47,623 nucleotides of DNA from an uncultured Gammaproteobacteria bacterium (GCA_964366085.1 CAYISM010000003.1:1-47623), one strand, 5' to 3'. Positions 9,303 through 18,485 are shown, numbered from the stretch's first letter. Translations and numbers: made by a program. The notes: generated by a model not told the origin, from the sequence alone.

Positions 9303-11837
9303 TCAAAGGCTGCTTGGCGAAGGGGAAGGGTTCCAAGGGCCGTTTATGCCTATTGTAATTGTTCTATCAGACTGATTCCCGTTTGAGTCCTTTGCAATGG
9401 CCCGTAAGGTATGGACGCCGTTCTCAAAATTTCTTGGTTCTTCGTACGGTGGTCCGTCGAAGTTTCTAACATTTTTCCCGTCAATTTCTAAAGAAACCTG
9501 TGTTATATCACTTGTTGAATCAGCTGAGATTTTAACAGTAAAACTATTTGGTAAATCAGAGGTTCTATCGGTTGGATTCATAAAGTCTACATTTATAGGG
9601 TTCTGTGTGCCACAATAATCGTTTGGCGGGTGATATCTTGAGTCCGACTGTGTTTCTAGCCAAAATAAGATTCCTTCCTGCCATTTATTAGATTGTCCGA
9701 TAGGTGCGGTCGGATCTTCTTCCTTAAATACAACAAATTCTTTTTCTTCATAGTTGCCTGAGGATATATCTGAAGGAGTTGCAAGTTTTCCATCGGTCTT
9801 GCAAACTTTTAATTTGACGTGTACGGGATCCTCTGACGGTTCTGTTCCTCTTATAAAAATTTCGCCTCTCGAGGCAAATCCATCATGGGCTCGAAAACCG
9901 CTAACAGCATCTACCTCAGCTGATACAATTCCTGAAGGTTGTTCAAAACTTATATTAGGTTTATCTTTTAATGCCTCAAGTAGTACCTTCCTCCAAATAG
10001 GGGAGGCTCCAGTAACACCTGATGCGACCTCGCGCATTGGAGAATTATCATTATTTCCAACCCAAACCCCTACGATTCTTTGCGGATTGCCTCCAATTGT
10101 CCAGTTATCACGTCTGTCATTTGTTGTACCTGTTTTAACAGCTATCTGGCGCCCGGCAATATTAAGTAGAGAGTTTAGCCCAAAGATATCAGCTCTGGCT
10201 TTGTTGTCGGAAAGTATGTTTGAGACAAGATAGGCTTGCTCAGGAGTCAAAACTCTTCTCACTGCTTTGGGTTTTGTCTCTTCTAATACTTTTCCATGCG
10301 AATCTTCAACTTTTAATATCGATATGGGATCAATCCTCATTCCGCCATTCATAAATGCAGAATAAGCATCCGTAAGCTCTAAAAGTCTTACTTCTCCTCC
10401 TCCAAGGGTTAATGAAAGACCAACTCTGTTGAGAGTTTCCTGTGTGGGCTCAAGAGTTGAAATTCCCATATCATAGGCCGTTTCTAGAGTATCTTTTATT
10501 CCTATTTTCGCAAGCATCTTAACTGCCGGGACATTTACCGAGTTTCCCAAAGCAAATCTTACTTGGATTGGTCCTCTAAATTTTCCGTCATAATTTACAG
10601 GTTTATAGTCAGGATTATTTACGCCCCCAGGAAAGGTTGTAGGAGTATCCATAAGTAAGGACGAGGCCGTGTATCCTTTTTTAAACGCCGTTACATAAGT
10701 AAACGGTTTTATCGCAGAGCCCGGTTGTCTTAGTGAAACCGTTACATTAACTTGACCGTCATAATTTGGATCGTTAAAATTTTTAGATCCGATCATTGCA
10801 AGAATTTCACCTGTATTAGGATCCAAAACTACCGATGCACCGTTCGTGATATGTTGTTTTTCGACTTTTGAAATTTCTTCAAAAACTATTTCCTGTGCTT
10901 TTTCTTGAAGTTTAAGATCCAGGCTAGTCGTTACTTTCAAACCCCCCTGCTCAACTACGTTTTCGCCAAATCTATCAGCTAAAATTTTTTGGACATATTG
11001 CACAAAATGCGGAGCTTTAAAACTGGCTCCTTTTGCCTGAAAAATAATACTATTTAGTTGTCCTCTTGCATCTTTTTCCTGATCCTTTGTTAAATAACTA
11101 TCCTCGCGCATTCTACGCAGGACCTCTTGTGTTCTTCCTATGAATGCTTTTGGCGTTGAAGAATATGGGGAATAGGCAGATGGTCTTTGCGGGAATCCCG
11201 CCAGTATTGCAGATTCAACCAAGTTCAAATCTTTAACCTTTTTTCCGAAGTAAATTTCTGATGCCGCCTCAACTCCGTATGCGTTTCCTCCATAAGGAGC
11301 TTCATTCAAATACATCTGTAAAATTTCGTCTTTTGAGTATTTCCTCTCGATTTCTATCGCCAAAACAAATTCCTTTATTTTTCTTAAAAGAGATCTTTCC
11401 GGAGATAAAAGAACATTTTTTACTAACTGTTGAGTAAGGGTTGAGCCTCCTTGTGCTCTTCCTAATGTAAATACCCTCAGAAGTCCCCTAACCATTCCCG
11501 AGAGATCAAAGCCCTGATGTTTATAAAAGTTTTTGTCTTCAATTGCAATTGTGGCTTTCTTAAGAAATTCCGGGACTTCTTCGAGTTTTACCAGTGTTCT
11601 TCTCTGGTTCGAAAAAATATCATAAAGAACTTCACCGTTTCTGTCTAAAATTTTTGTAGAAAATCCCTCGCGTCTTACAATCTTATCGGGGGAGGGAAGT
11701 CCAAAGGAAAGTAGAGGAATTATCAAAAATGAACCTATAAAAAGCAAGAAAACCGAAACAAATGCTAGTTTTGCAATATTAACAAAAAACCTGCTTCTTT
11801 TAACAGAACGACCTGTGCTATACCTTTCTCTCCACAT
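9303..11837 (-). CDS. Class A penicillin-binding protein (1A family) with C-terminal Ig-like domain
   Basis: N-terminal TM; transglycosylase motifs EDKNFYKH, GGSTLTQQL, RKIKE; transpeptidase motifs SAIK, SVN, KTGT. Confidence 0.93.
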   Translation of the reverse strand: MWRERYSTGRSVKRSRFFVNIAKLAFVSVFLLFIGSFLIIPLLSFGLPSPDKIVRREGFSTKILDRNGEVLYDIFSNQRRTLVKLEEVPEFLKKATIAIEDKNFYKHQGFDLSGMVRGLLRVFTLGRAQGGSTLTQQLVKNVLLSPERSLLRKIKEFVLAIEIERKYSKDEILQMYLNEAPYGGNAYGVEAASEIYFGKKVKDLNLVESAILAGFPQRPSAYSPYSSTPKAFIGRTQEVLRRMREDSYLTKDQEKDARGQLNSIIFQAKGASFKAPHFVQYVQKILADRFGENVVEQGGLKVTTSLDLKLQEKAQEIVFEEISKVEKQHITNGASVVLDPNTGEILAMIGSKNFNDPNYDGQVNVTVSLRQPGSAIKPFTYVTAFKKGYTASSLLMDTPTTFPGGVNNPDYKPVNYDGKFRGPIQVRFALGNSVNVPAVKMLAKIGIKDTLETAYDMGISTLEPTQETLNRVGLSLTLGGGEVRLLELTDAYSAFMNGGMRIDPISILKVEDSHGKVLEETKPKAVRRVLTPEQAYLVSNILSDNKARADIFGLNSLLNIAGRQIAVKTGTTNDRRDNWTIGGNPQRIVGVWVGNNDNSPMREVASGVTGASPIWRKVLLEALKDKPNISFEQPSGIVSAEVDAVSGFRAHDGFASRGEIFIRGTEPSEDPVHVKLKVCKTDGKLATPSDISSGNYEEKEFVVFKEEDPTAPIGQSNKWQEGILFWLETQSDSRYHPPNDYCGTQNPINVDFMNPTDRTSDLPNSFTVKISADSTSDITQVSLEIDGKNVRNFDGPPYEEPRNFENGVHTLRAIAKDSNGNQSDRTITIGINGPWNPSPSPSSL

Positions 11838-11882
11838 ACTACTCTTGCCATTGTATCAAATTACGCATAGAATAGTTATCAA

Positions 11883-13037
11883 ATGGACAAAATTGAGGAA
11901 GTATTAACAAGGGGAGTTGAAAAGATCTATCCTTCAAAAGAAGCGCTTGAAGAGGTTCTTCGTTCTGGTAAGAAAATCAAACTTTACCAGGGATTTGATC
12001 CTTCAATGCCATCTCTTCACTTGGGAAATTTTGTCGGCTTAATGAAGCTTAGACAATTTCAAAAGCTCGGTCATGAAGTAATATTTTTAATTGGAGACTT
12101 TACGGGAATGATAGGGGATCCAACCGATAAACTCTCTACCCGTAAGAAATTAACGAGAGAACAGGTTCTAGAAAACGCCAAATCTTGGAAAAAGCAGGCT
12201 GGTAAAGTTCTTGACTTTGACGAACCTAACCCTGCAAAAATGCTCTTCAATTCGGAATGGCTTGATAAACTAAACTTCAAAGATCTTATCGAAATTACCT
12301 CTAACTTCACTGTTCAACAGATGATTGAACGTGATATGTTTCAAGAACGCCTAAAGAAAAACGAACCAATACACTTGCATGAGTTTCTTTACCCGGTAGC
12401 GGTAGCGCAGGATTCTGTTGAAATGGATGTTGATTTGGAGATCGGGGGAAGCGATCAGCTTTTTAATATGATGGCAGGCAGAACTTTAATGAAAGCAGTC
12501 AAGGGTAAGGAAAAATATGTATTGACTACCAAACTTCTGGTTGATAAAGAAGGCACCAAGGTAGGAAAAACTACAGGAAATGCCTTATTTCTTGATTCCG
12601 AACCAAATGAATTTTTTGCCAGTGTAATGTCTTTTCCTGACAAGGTAGTTGGATTGGGATTTGAACTCTTAACGGAACTTTCTCTAGACGGCCTCGCCCA
12701 GAAGATTGAAAAAGATCCAATGAGACAAAAGAAAAACCTCGCATTCGAAATAGTAAAACTTCTTTGGGGAGAAAAAAGCGCAAAGCAGTCCCAAGAGAAT
12801 TTTGAAAAAACTTTTCAAGAGAAGAGTCCTACTGACTTTATTGAGGTAAAATCCGGAAAAAAAATTGTGGAGACTCTTGCCCCCTATACCGCTCTTTCAA
12901 GTATTTCGGATGCAAAAAGATGGATTACACAAGGTGCTGTTGACGTAAATGGTAAAACCCTAACCGACCCGGATTATCAGCTTAAAAAGGGTGACTTAGT
13001 TAAAGCCGGCAAAAAGGTTTTCTTGAAAGTCAAATGA
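11883..13037 (+). CDS. tyrS: Tyrosine--tRNA ligase
   Basis: GFDPS..LHLGN, GGSDQ, KVGKT (KMSKS variant), C-terminal S4 domain. Confidence 0.96.
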   Translation: MDKIEEVLTRGVEKIYPSKEALEEVLRSGKKIKLYQGFDPSMPSLHLGNFVGLMKLRQFQKLGHEVIFLIGDFTGMIGDPTDKLSTRKKLTREQVLENAKSWKKQAGKVLDFDEPNPAKMLFNSEWLDKLNFKDLIEITSNFTVQQMIERDMFQERLKKNEPIHLHEFLYPVAVAQDSVEMDVDLEIGGSDQLFNMMAGRTLMKAVKGKEKYVLTTKLLVDKEGTKVGKTTGNALFLDSEPNEFFASVMSFPDKVVGLGFELLTELSLDGLAQKIEKDPMRQKKNLAFEIVKLLWGEKSAKQSQENFEKTFQEKSPTDFIEVKSGKKIVETLAPYTALSSISDAKRWITQGAVDVNGKTLTDPDYQLKKGDLVKAGKKVFLKVK

Positions 13038-13141
13038 ACTTAACCAAAAAACAAAGAAAAATTTACTTAATTATCATTATTATTGCCGGTCTTGCGATAG
13101 TTGCTTCATCTCTCCTTCCATTCCTTTTGTCTCTTAGGTGA
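13034..13141 (+). CDS. Small single-TM protein (35 aa)
   Basis: MNLTKKQRKIYLIIIIIAGLAIVASSLLPFLLSLR; ATGA overlap with the tyrS stop. Confidence 0.6.
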   Translation: MNLTKKQRKIYLIIIIIAGLAIVASSLLPFLLSLR

Positions 13142-13154
13142 TATTATTGATATC

Positions 13155-15179
13155 ATGGACCTAAGTTCTGCGGTTTCTGAACTTCCCTTTGTTGGACCTG
13201 TTTATTTAACTCGCCTTGAAAAGTTAGGGATAAAAAAAATTGAGGATCTACTTAACCATATTCCCAATCGCTATCTGGATTTTTCCCTAACTTCACCCAT
13301 TGAAAGAGCCCAACTCGGAGAAACTCTCACGATTAGAGGGAGGGTAGACTCCTTTAAAAATATCTACACAAAATCAGGCAAAAAAATGCAGATTGCAGAG
13401 GTTTCAGATAAAACTGGAAAGATTTTGGCTATATGGTTTAATCAACCATTCCTTTTGAGAATCCTTTACGAAGGAGTTGAAGTTTCTCTCGCCGGAAAAA
13501 TTGACTGGTTTGATAGAAAAAGGGCTCTTATATCTCCCGAATACGAGATAGTCTCTGGCGGTAAAGAAACAATACACACAGGCAAAATCATACCCGTTTA
13601 CTCGGAAACCGCTGGAATTTCTTCTAAATGGCTAAGAGGTAGAGTCAAACAAGCTTTCGACAAAGTCAAAGATAACTCTTTGGAATTTTTACCAAGTTCA
13701 ATCTTAAATAAGGAAAAATTTCCGGAGGTAAAAACTGCATTTGAATACGTACATTTTCCGTTGAATCTTAAAAATGTCGATCTGGGGAAAAATAGACTTG
13801 CCTTTAACGAACTTTTGTTTTTGCAACTCGAAAGCATAAGAAAAAGAATTGATTGGCAAAAAAATAAGGCCTCCAGTAAATTAGTTATAGATGATACTTC
13901 GATGAATCGATTCATCGAATCACTAACTTTTTCTCTGACGCTCTCTCAAAAAACTGCTGTGAAAGAAATACTCGACGACCTTAAAAGAGATTACCCGATG
14001 AATAGACTTTTAGAGGGAGATGTTGGAAGCGGAAAAACTGTTGTGGCCGCGGCCGCGGCCTTTGTTTCCTTCACCAATGGTTATCATTCTATATTCATGG
14101 CACCAACTCAAATATTGGCCCAGCAACACTTCAATACATTAAATTCTATGCTTCAACCGTTCAAAGTGCGCATATCCCTTGTCACATCTGAAGTTAAAAA
14201 AATAGAAATTGGACAAATGGATATTTTTGTAGGCACACACGCCCTCATTCACAGGAAAGTAAATTTTGACAAAGTAGCTTTGGTTGTAATTGATGAACAA
14301 CACAGATTCGGCGTTGAACAAAGGGCGCATCTTATTAAAAAGGCGGGAAAGAAATCACAGGCTCCCCATGTTCTGACAATGACAGCAACTCCTATTCCAC
14401 GAACTGTTGCTTTAACTTTTTATGGGGATTTGGACCTTTCTACCCTAAATGAATTACCCTTGGGAAGAAAAAGAATAACAACCTGGATTGTCCCGCCACA
14501 GAAAAGAGACAATGCCTACATATGGATAGAAAAGCAAATTAAAAATGAGGGGATACAAGCATTTGTTGTCTGTCCACTTATAGAAGAATCGGAAAAAGAA
14601 ACCATGGCGCAGGTTAAGGCCGCATCCAAAGAATTTGAAATTCTTGAAAAATCATTTCAGACTCTTAAATTCGGTCTTCTACATGGAAGGATGAAGATAA
14701 AAGAAAAAAACAAAGTCCTGAGCGACTTTAGGAGTCGAAGGATTGATATTTTAGTAACCACGCCCGTTGTTGAAGTTGGGATAGATGTGCCCAATGCCAC
14801 AATTATGGTGATTGAGGGTGCAGAAAGATTTGGACTTGCCCAACTTCACCAGCTGAGGGGGAGAGTAGGAAGAAGCGACAAAAAGTCTTACTGCCTTATC
14901 TTTACCCAAGGTCGTTCCCAAAAAAGTCTTACTGTCTTATCCGCCTTAACGAAGGATCTTTCGGGCTTTGAACTTGCCGAACTTGATCTAAAACTTCGCG
15001 GTCCCGGAGAAATTTTCGGAACAGCTCAATCAGGATTCCCGGAATTAAAAATCGCTTCCTGGAGTGATCTTGAACTTATCAGAAAAGCTAAAGAAACTGC
15101 CGAGGATGCCTTCAAAAATCCTTCAGAATACTCAATGCTTTTTGCCAAACTTCAGGAAATGCAACAAATACCGAACTAG
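13155..15179 (+). CDS. recG: ATP-dependent DNA helicase RecG
   Basis: GDVGSGKT, DEQHRFG, MTATPIPRT, QLRGRVGR and LRGPGE motifs. Confidence 0.96.
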   Translation: MDLSSAVSELPFVGPVYLTRLEKLGIKKIEDLLNHIPNRYLDFSLTSPIERAQLGETLTIRGRVDSFKNIYTKSGKKMQIAEVSDKTGKILAIWFNQPFLLRILYEGVEVSLAGKIDWFDRKRALISPEYEIVSGGKETIHTGKIIPVYSETAGISSKWLRGRVKQAFDKVKDNSLEFLPSSILNKEKFPEVKTAFEYVHFPLNLKNVDLGKNRLAFNELLFLQLESIRKRIDWQKNKASSKLVIDDTSMNRFIESLTFSLTLSQKTAVKEILDDLKRDYPMNRLLEGDVGSGKTVVAAAAAFVSFTNGYHSIFMAPTQILAQQHFNTLNSMLQPFKVRISLVTSEVKKIEIGQMDIFVGTHALIHRKVNFDKVALVVIDEQHRFGVEQRAHLIKKAGKKSQAPHVLTMTATPIPRTVALTFYGDLDLSTLNELPLGRKRITTWIVPPQKRDNAYIWIEKQIKNEGIQAFVVCPLIEESEKETMAQVKAASKEFEILEKSFQTLKFGLLHGRMKIKEKNKVLSDFRSRRIDILVTTPVVEVGIDVPNATIMVIEGAERFGLAQLHQLRGRVGRSDKKSYCLIFTQGRSQKSLTVLSALTKDLSGFELAELDLKLRGPGEIFGTAQSGFPELKIASWSDLELIRKAKETAEDAFKNPSEYSMLFAKLQEMQQIPN

Positions 15180-15184
15180 TAAGC

Positions 15185-15214
15185 AGGGTCCGACCCTTGA
15201 CAGGGTCGGACCCT
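15185..15214. repeat. REP-like palindrome pair upstream of RAYT
   Basis: AGGGTCCGACCCT-TGAC-AGGGTCGGACCCT. Confidence 0.8.
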
Positions 15215-15230
15215 AATTCTAAACTGAAAT

Positions 15231-15881
15231 ATGCCTGCTAGAAATGTCATCAAATATTACATTGAGAATGGCTTTTATCATATTTACAACAGGGGCTTTG
15301 AAAAAAGAAGAATCTTTCTAGACAATGAAGACTACGATGTTTTTACGTTTTTTCTGCAACGATCTCTTGACCAAGGCTTAAAAGTTTCATTAGATGGCCT
15401 GATCAACACACATAATATCTCTGAAGAATTAGATCTTTTATGTTATTGTTTAATGCCAAACCATTTCCACTTACTAATAAAACAGTATACTAAAGATGCT
15501 GTAACAAAACTTTTAAGAAGGGTGCTAGCTAGTTACGTTATGTATTTCAACAAAAAATACGATCGTGATGGGGGTCTTTTCCAAGGCAAACCAAGAGCGG
15601 TTCTCGTAAAAGATGAAGGCTATCTTTTACACCTCACGAGGTATATTCACCTCAACCCACTTGAACTTGATAAAGTAGAAAAGGCAGAAGATTACAAGTA
15701 CTCAAGCTACAAAGACTATTTAGGTTTGCAAAATAGGGGATGGACAAAGCCAAAAGAAATACTTAGTTTCTTCAAAACGAAACGCACGTCATTTTTAAAA
15801 GACTTTCTTTCATATCAAGAATTCGTAGAAAATTATAAGAAAAATTCAAAAGAATTATTGGGAACGCTGGTTCTTGAGTAA
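15231..15881 (+). mobile_element. REP-associated tyrosine transposase (RAYT; IS200-like HUH Y1)
   Basis: FYHIYNRG, YCLMPNHFHLL (HUH), YIHLNP and YSSY motifs; flanked by palindrome clusters. Confidence 0.88.
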
Positions 15882-15907
15882 GGACAACACTTTAGCGACG
15901 CCATTCA

Positions 15908-15952
15908 GGGTCGGACCCGGTCTAGGGTCCGACCCCCTTTCGGGTCCGACCC
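15908..15952. repeat. REP-like cluster, 3 x GGGTC(C/G)GACCC with 17-bp period
   Basis: Units start at 15908, 15925 and 15942. Confidence 0.85.
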
Positions 15953-15977
15953 TTTAAAACAAGATTCATCCCATAAC

Positions 15978-16025
15978 CTTGACTTTTATATGTGGTGGTG
16001 GTACCATTACCTTCATTAGAATTGA
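15978..16025 (+). promoter_or_regulatory. Cassette promoter block, copy 1
   Basis: TTGACT-17 nt-TACCAT. The first 25 nt and last 9 nt are identical to 33716-33763. Confidence 0.75.
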
Positions 16026-16215
16026 GAAATTTGAGGTAACTAAGCACCTTATAGTTCTTTTTTCTAATCCAGTCTCAGTTTTGCACATTCAAATTTTGCG
16101 GAAAAGTATTCTCCTTCCGAGTGGGTAGCCCCTTGGGTATGAGCCTTGGCTGGTGCCTAAAGTGCTAACCCATTCGGGAAAGCAGGCATTACGCCTATTC
16201 AATTCAAAAGGAGAT
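16017..16215 (+). ncRNA. Structured 5' leader of cassette 1
   Basis: Stem AGAATTGAGA/TCTCAGTTTT, conserved TGCAC..TTGCGGAAA motif, long hairpin 16115-16180, small hairpin AGGC/GCCT, SD AAAGGAG. Confidence 0.5.
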
Positions 16216-16220
16216 AAGAC

Positions 16221-16919
16221 ATGTCAAACCTTTCGAAGGATCAACTCAGAAAGCTGGCTCACATCAATCCCCGTATTGGCAGCGATATCAACGACGTCAT
16301 CAGGGAGATGGTGAACCGGGCCAACATCTACGGCATTCGGGTGACCTGCGTCTTCAACGAAGCGCAATTCACTGTTGAGCCGGGGATAACTGCCGAAACT
16401 GCTTACCAGTTGTGGCGAGCAGAGATGGACCGCCAAGGCCAAAATTGGAGAAAGTCCATGAAGGCCGAAGTGTCGCGTCGCGAGTCGAAAGCTCGGGAAG
16501 AACGCGCTGTTGTCCGCGGTCAGAATGTACACGCCATGCTGGAGCACGAAAAGATCCAGGTGCCGTGGTACAAGCGTTCAGCTTTCAACAAGGCTGTTCG
16601 CGCCAATTCTGCTGATGGCTACAGCGCCGCCACGATCAACTATGCTATTGCGTGGGCAGTTGCTATGCAACAGGCTATGCGCAAGGGCAAGAAGATCGCC
16701 GACGTTGCCGAAGAGCTCTCGCACGAAGTTGACTATGAAGGGATCACTGGTTTTATGTACGGCTGGGCGGTCGCCTTTCTGGCCAAATTCTGGAAACATG
16801 GCGAAAAGCTTCGTCGTTGGCACAACCTTGACACCCAGCTGGGTGATGAAGGCGAACAGGCCAACAAAAAGAAGGGCGCGACTCTCAACCCCGCACTTCT
16901 TTCCATCGGCAAGAAGTAA
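16221..16919 (+). CDS. Hypothetical protein (GC-rich, probably acquired)
   Basis: 232-aa ORF with a strong SD; visibly more GC-rich than neighbouring genes. Confidence 0.8.
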   Translation: MSNLSKDQLRKLAHINPRIGSDINDVIREMVNRANIYGIRVTCVFNEAQFTVEPGITAETAYQLWRAEMDRQGQNWRKSMKAEVSRRESKAREERAVVRGQNVHAMLEHEKIQVPWYKRSAFNKAVRANSADGYSAATINYAIAWAVAMQQAMRKGKKIADVAEELSHEVDYEGITGFMYGWAVAFLAKFWKHGEKLRRWHNLDTQLGDEGEQANKKKGATLNPALLSIGKK

Positions 16920-16941
16920 CACAATTCCGCAATTGAAGTGC

Positions 16942-16991
16942 AAAAACCTGGAGCAGATCCCTAAAAGATCATAAGCCTTCAGGTTTTTTTT
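16942..16991 (+). terminator. Terminator of cassette 1
   Basis: AAAAACCTGGAG...CTTCAGGTTTTTTTT with inner GATC/GATC hairpin. Confidence 0.7.
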
Positions 16992-17050
16992 ATTCTCAAA
17001 AAATCTTCTTCTTGCTAAATCTCCTTAGCTTCGGGTACAATTACGCTTGC

Positions 17051-17227
17051 ATGACACCGCTACCCAAGAAAAAGCACACAAGAAGCCGCAGCAATAAAAG
17101 ACGCAATGCCTCTTACAGACTGGTTTTACCTAATCTTGTGCGTTGTTCAGCTTGCAAAAAATTAAAGCCTTCGCACCAGGTTTGTCCTCATTGTGGATCT
17201 TACGGCAAGGCTAACTATACCAAATAA
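17051..17227 (+). CDS. rpmF: 50S ribosomal protein L32
   Basis: PLPKKKHTRSR and the CxxC...HxVCxxCG zinc ribbon. Confidence 0.93.
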   Translation: MTPLPKKKHTRSRSNKRRNASYRLVLPNLVRCSACKKLKPSHQVCPHCGSYGKANYTK

Positions 17228-17230
17228 TTT

Positions 17231-17815
17231 ATGAAAACTGCTTCTGACCCAAGACATATCAGGCGAAGGGAAATTGTTAAAGAACTCTTTACTTACTCCT
17301 ACTCAAACCAACCAACGCCCAGTCAGGACACAAAAGAAATTCTTTCTAAAAAGGAGTCTATTGATGCAGAAATAGTTAAAGCCGCACCCGCCTGGCCGAT
17401 CGATAAACTCAATAGAATTGACCTTGCGATTTTAAGACTTGCGGTCTACGAGATGCAAAAGGCTGAGACACCTCCCAAAGTTGTAATTGACGAGGCGGTT
17501 GAGCTTGCAAAAGAATTCGGAAGTGAAAATTCCTCTTCCTTTATTAATGGGGTATTGGGTACAATTTACAAAATGAGTAAATTGACACCGGATATTAAAC
17601 CAGTAAAAGAACTCCTGGCTGACCAGCTCGGAATTGAGCAAGATGATATTGAAGAGAACTATTCGTTTATCGAGGATCTACACATGACCCCCTCGGATGT
17701 TTCTGACTTCATGGAAACCCTTGAAAAAAACGGATATGACACGTCAGCAATTAATTTATCAACGCTTGAAACATTCTCGGATTTAGAAGAAACTCTTTCC
17801 CATCGGGATCTGTAA
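17231..17815 (+). CDS. nusB: NusB fused to an acyl-carrier-protein-like domain
   Basis: DLAILRLAVYE, VVIDEAVELAKEFG and FINGVLG, followed by an acidic ~80-aa ACP-like tail. Confidence 0.85.
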   Translation: MKTASDPRHIRRREIVKELFTYSYSNQPTPSQDTKEILSKKESIDAEIVKAAPAWPIDKLNRIDLAILRLAVYEMQKAETPPKVVIDEAVELAKEFGSENSSSFINGVLGTIYKMSKLTPDIKPVKELLADQLGIEQDDIEENYSFIEDLHMTPSDVSDFMETLEKNGYDTSAINLSTLETFSDLEETLSHRDL

Positions 17816-17816
17816 A

Positions 17817-18485
17817 ATGAAGAACATACTTAAATTAAACTCCCTTTTTAATAATAAAGACCTTTTAGATCTTGCTCTCACCCATAAATCCTGGGTTAAT
17901 GAAAATCCGGGGAAGCGCGGATCAAACGAAAGGTTGGAGTTTTTGGGAGATGCGATACTTGAGTTCGTTGTTTCAAGACAGTTATACGAAAAGTTTCCGG
18001 ACAAAGAAGAAGGATATTTAACGGCACTGAGGGCTAACATAGTCAATACTGTAAATCTTGCCAAAACTGCTAAAAATATTGAACTTGGCAAGGCACTGTA
18101 CCTGTCTAAGGGGGAGGAGGATGGGGGAGGCAGGGAAAACTCATCACTTTTAGCTGATACGGTTGAAGCTGTAATTGGAGCACTTTTTTTAGACCAGGGA
18201 CTTCCCGCCAGTGAAAGTTTTATTAGTGAGAATCTGCTTTTCGATATTGAAGTCAAAACCAAAGAGCCTTTAAAAGATCCAAAAAGCAGGCTCCAGGAAT
18301 ATGTCCAGGCCAAAGGTCTCCCTACACCCAAATACAGGGTTTTTAAGGAGTCCGGTCCCGACCATGAAAAAAACTTTCAAGTAGAAGTTGTTATTGATAA
18401 TAAACCTTGGGGTTTGGGTGAAGGAAAAAGTAAGTCATTAGCCGAACAAAAGGCTGCGGAGAATGCGCTCTCAAAAGTGTTGTAA
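17817..18485 (+). CDS. rnc: Ribonuclease III
   Basis: NERLEFLGDA signature; dsRBD DPKSRLQE...GPDH. Confidence 0.97.
   Translation: MKNILKLNSLFNNKDLLDLALTHKSWVNENPGKRGSNERLEFLGDAILEFVVSRQLYEKFPDKEEGYLTALRANIVNTVNLAKTAKNIELGKALYLSKGEEDGGGRENSSLLADTVEAVIGALFLDQGLPASESFISENLLFDIEVKTKEPLKDPKSRLQEYVQAKGLPTPKYRVFKESGPDHEKNFQVEVVIDNKPWGLGEGKSKSLAEQKAAENALSKVL

Noticed and set aside
363-14330. Numerous short antisense ORFs inside typA, thrS, pheST, PBP, tyrS and recG
   Set aside because: Shadow ORFs of well-supported genes, with no motifs or expression signals.
15908-15952. Regularly spaced palindromes as a mini-CRISPR array
   Set aside because: Repeats are 11 bp with 6-bp spacers in mixed orientation, and no cas genes are present. 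REP-like units beside a RAYT fit better.
16224-16974. Several overlapping alternative-frame and antisense ORFs within the cassette-1 gene
   Set aside because: Expected by-product of GC-rich sequence with few stop codons. Only 16221-16919 has an SD and a matching terminator.
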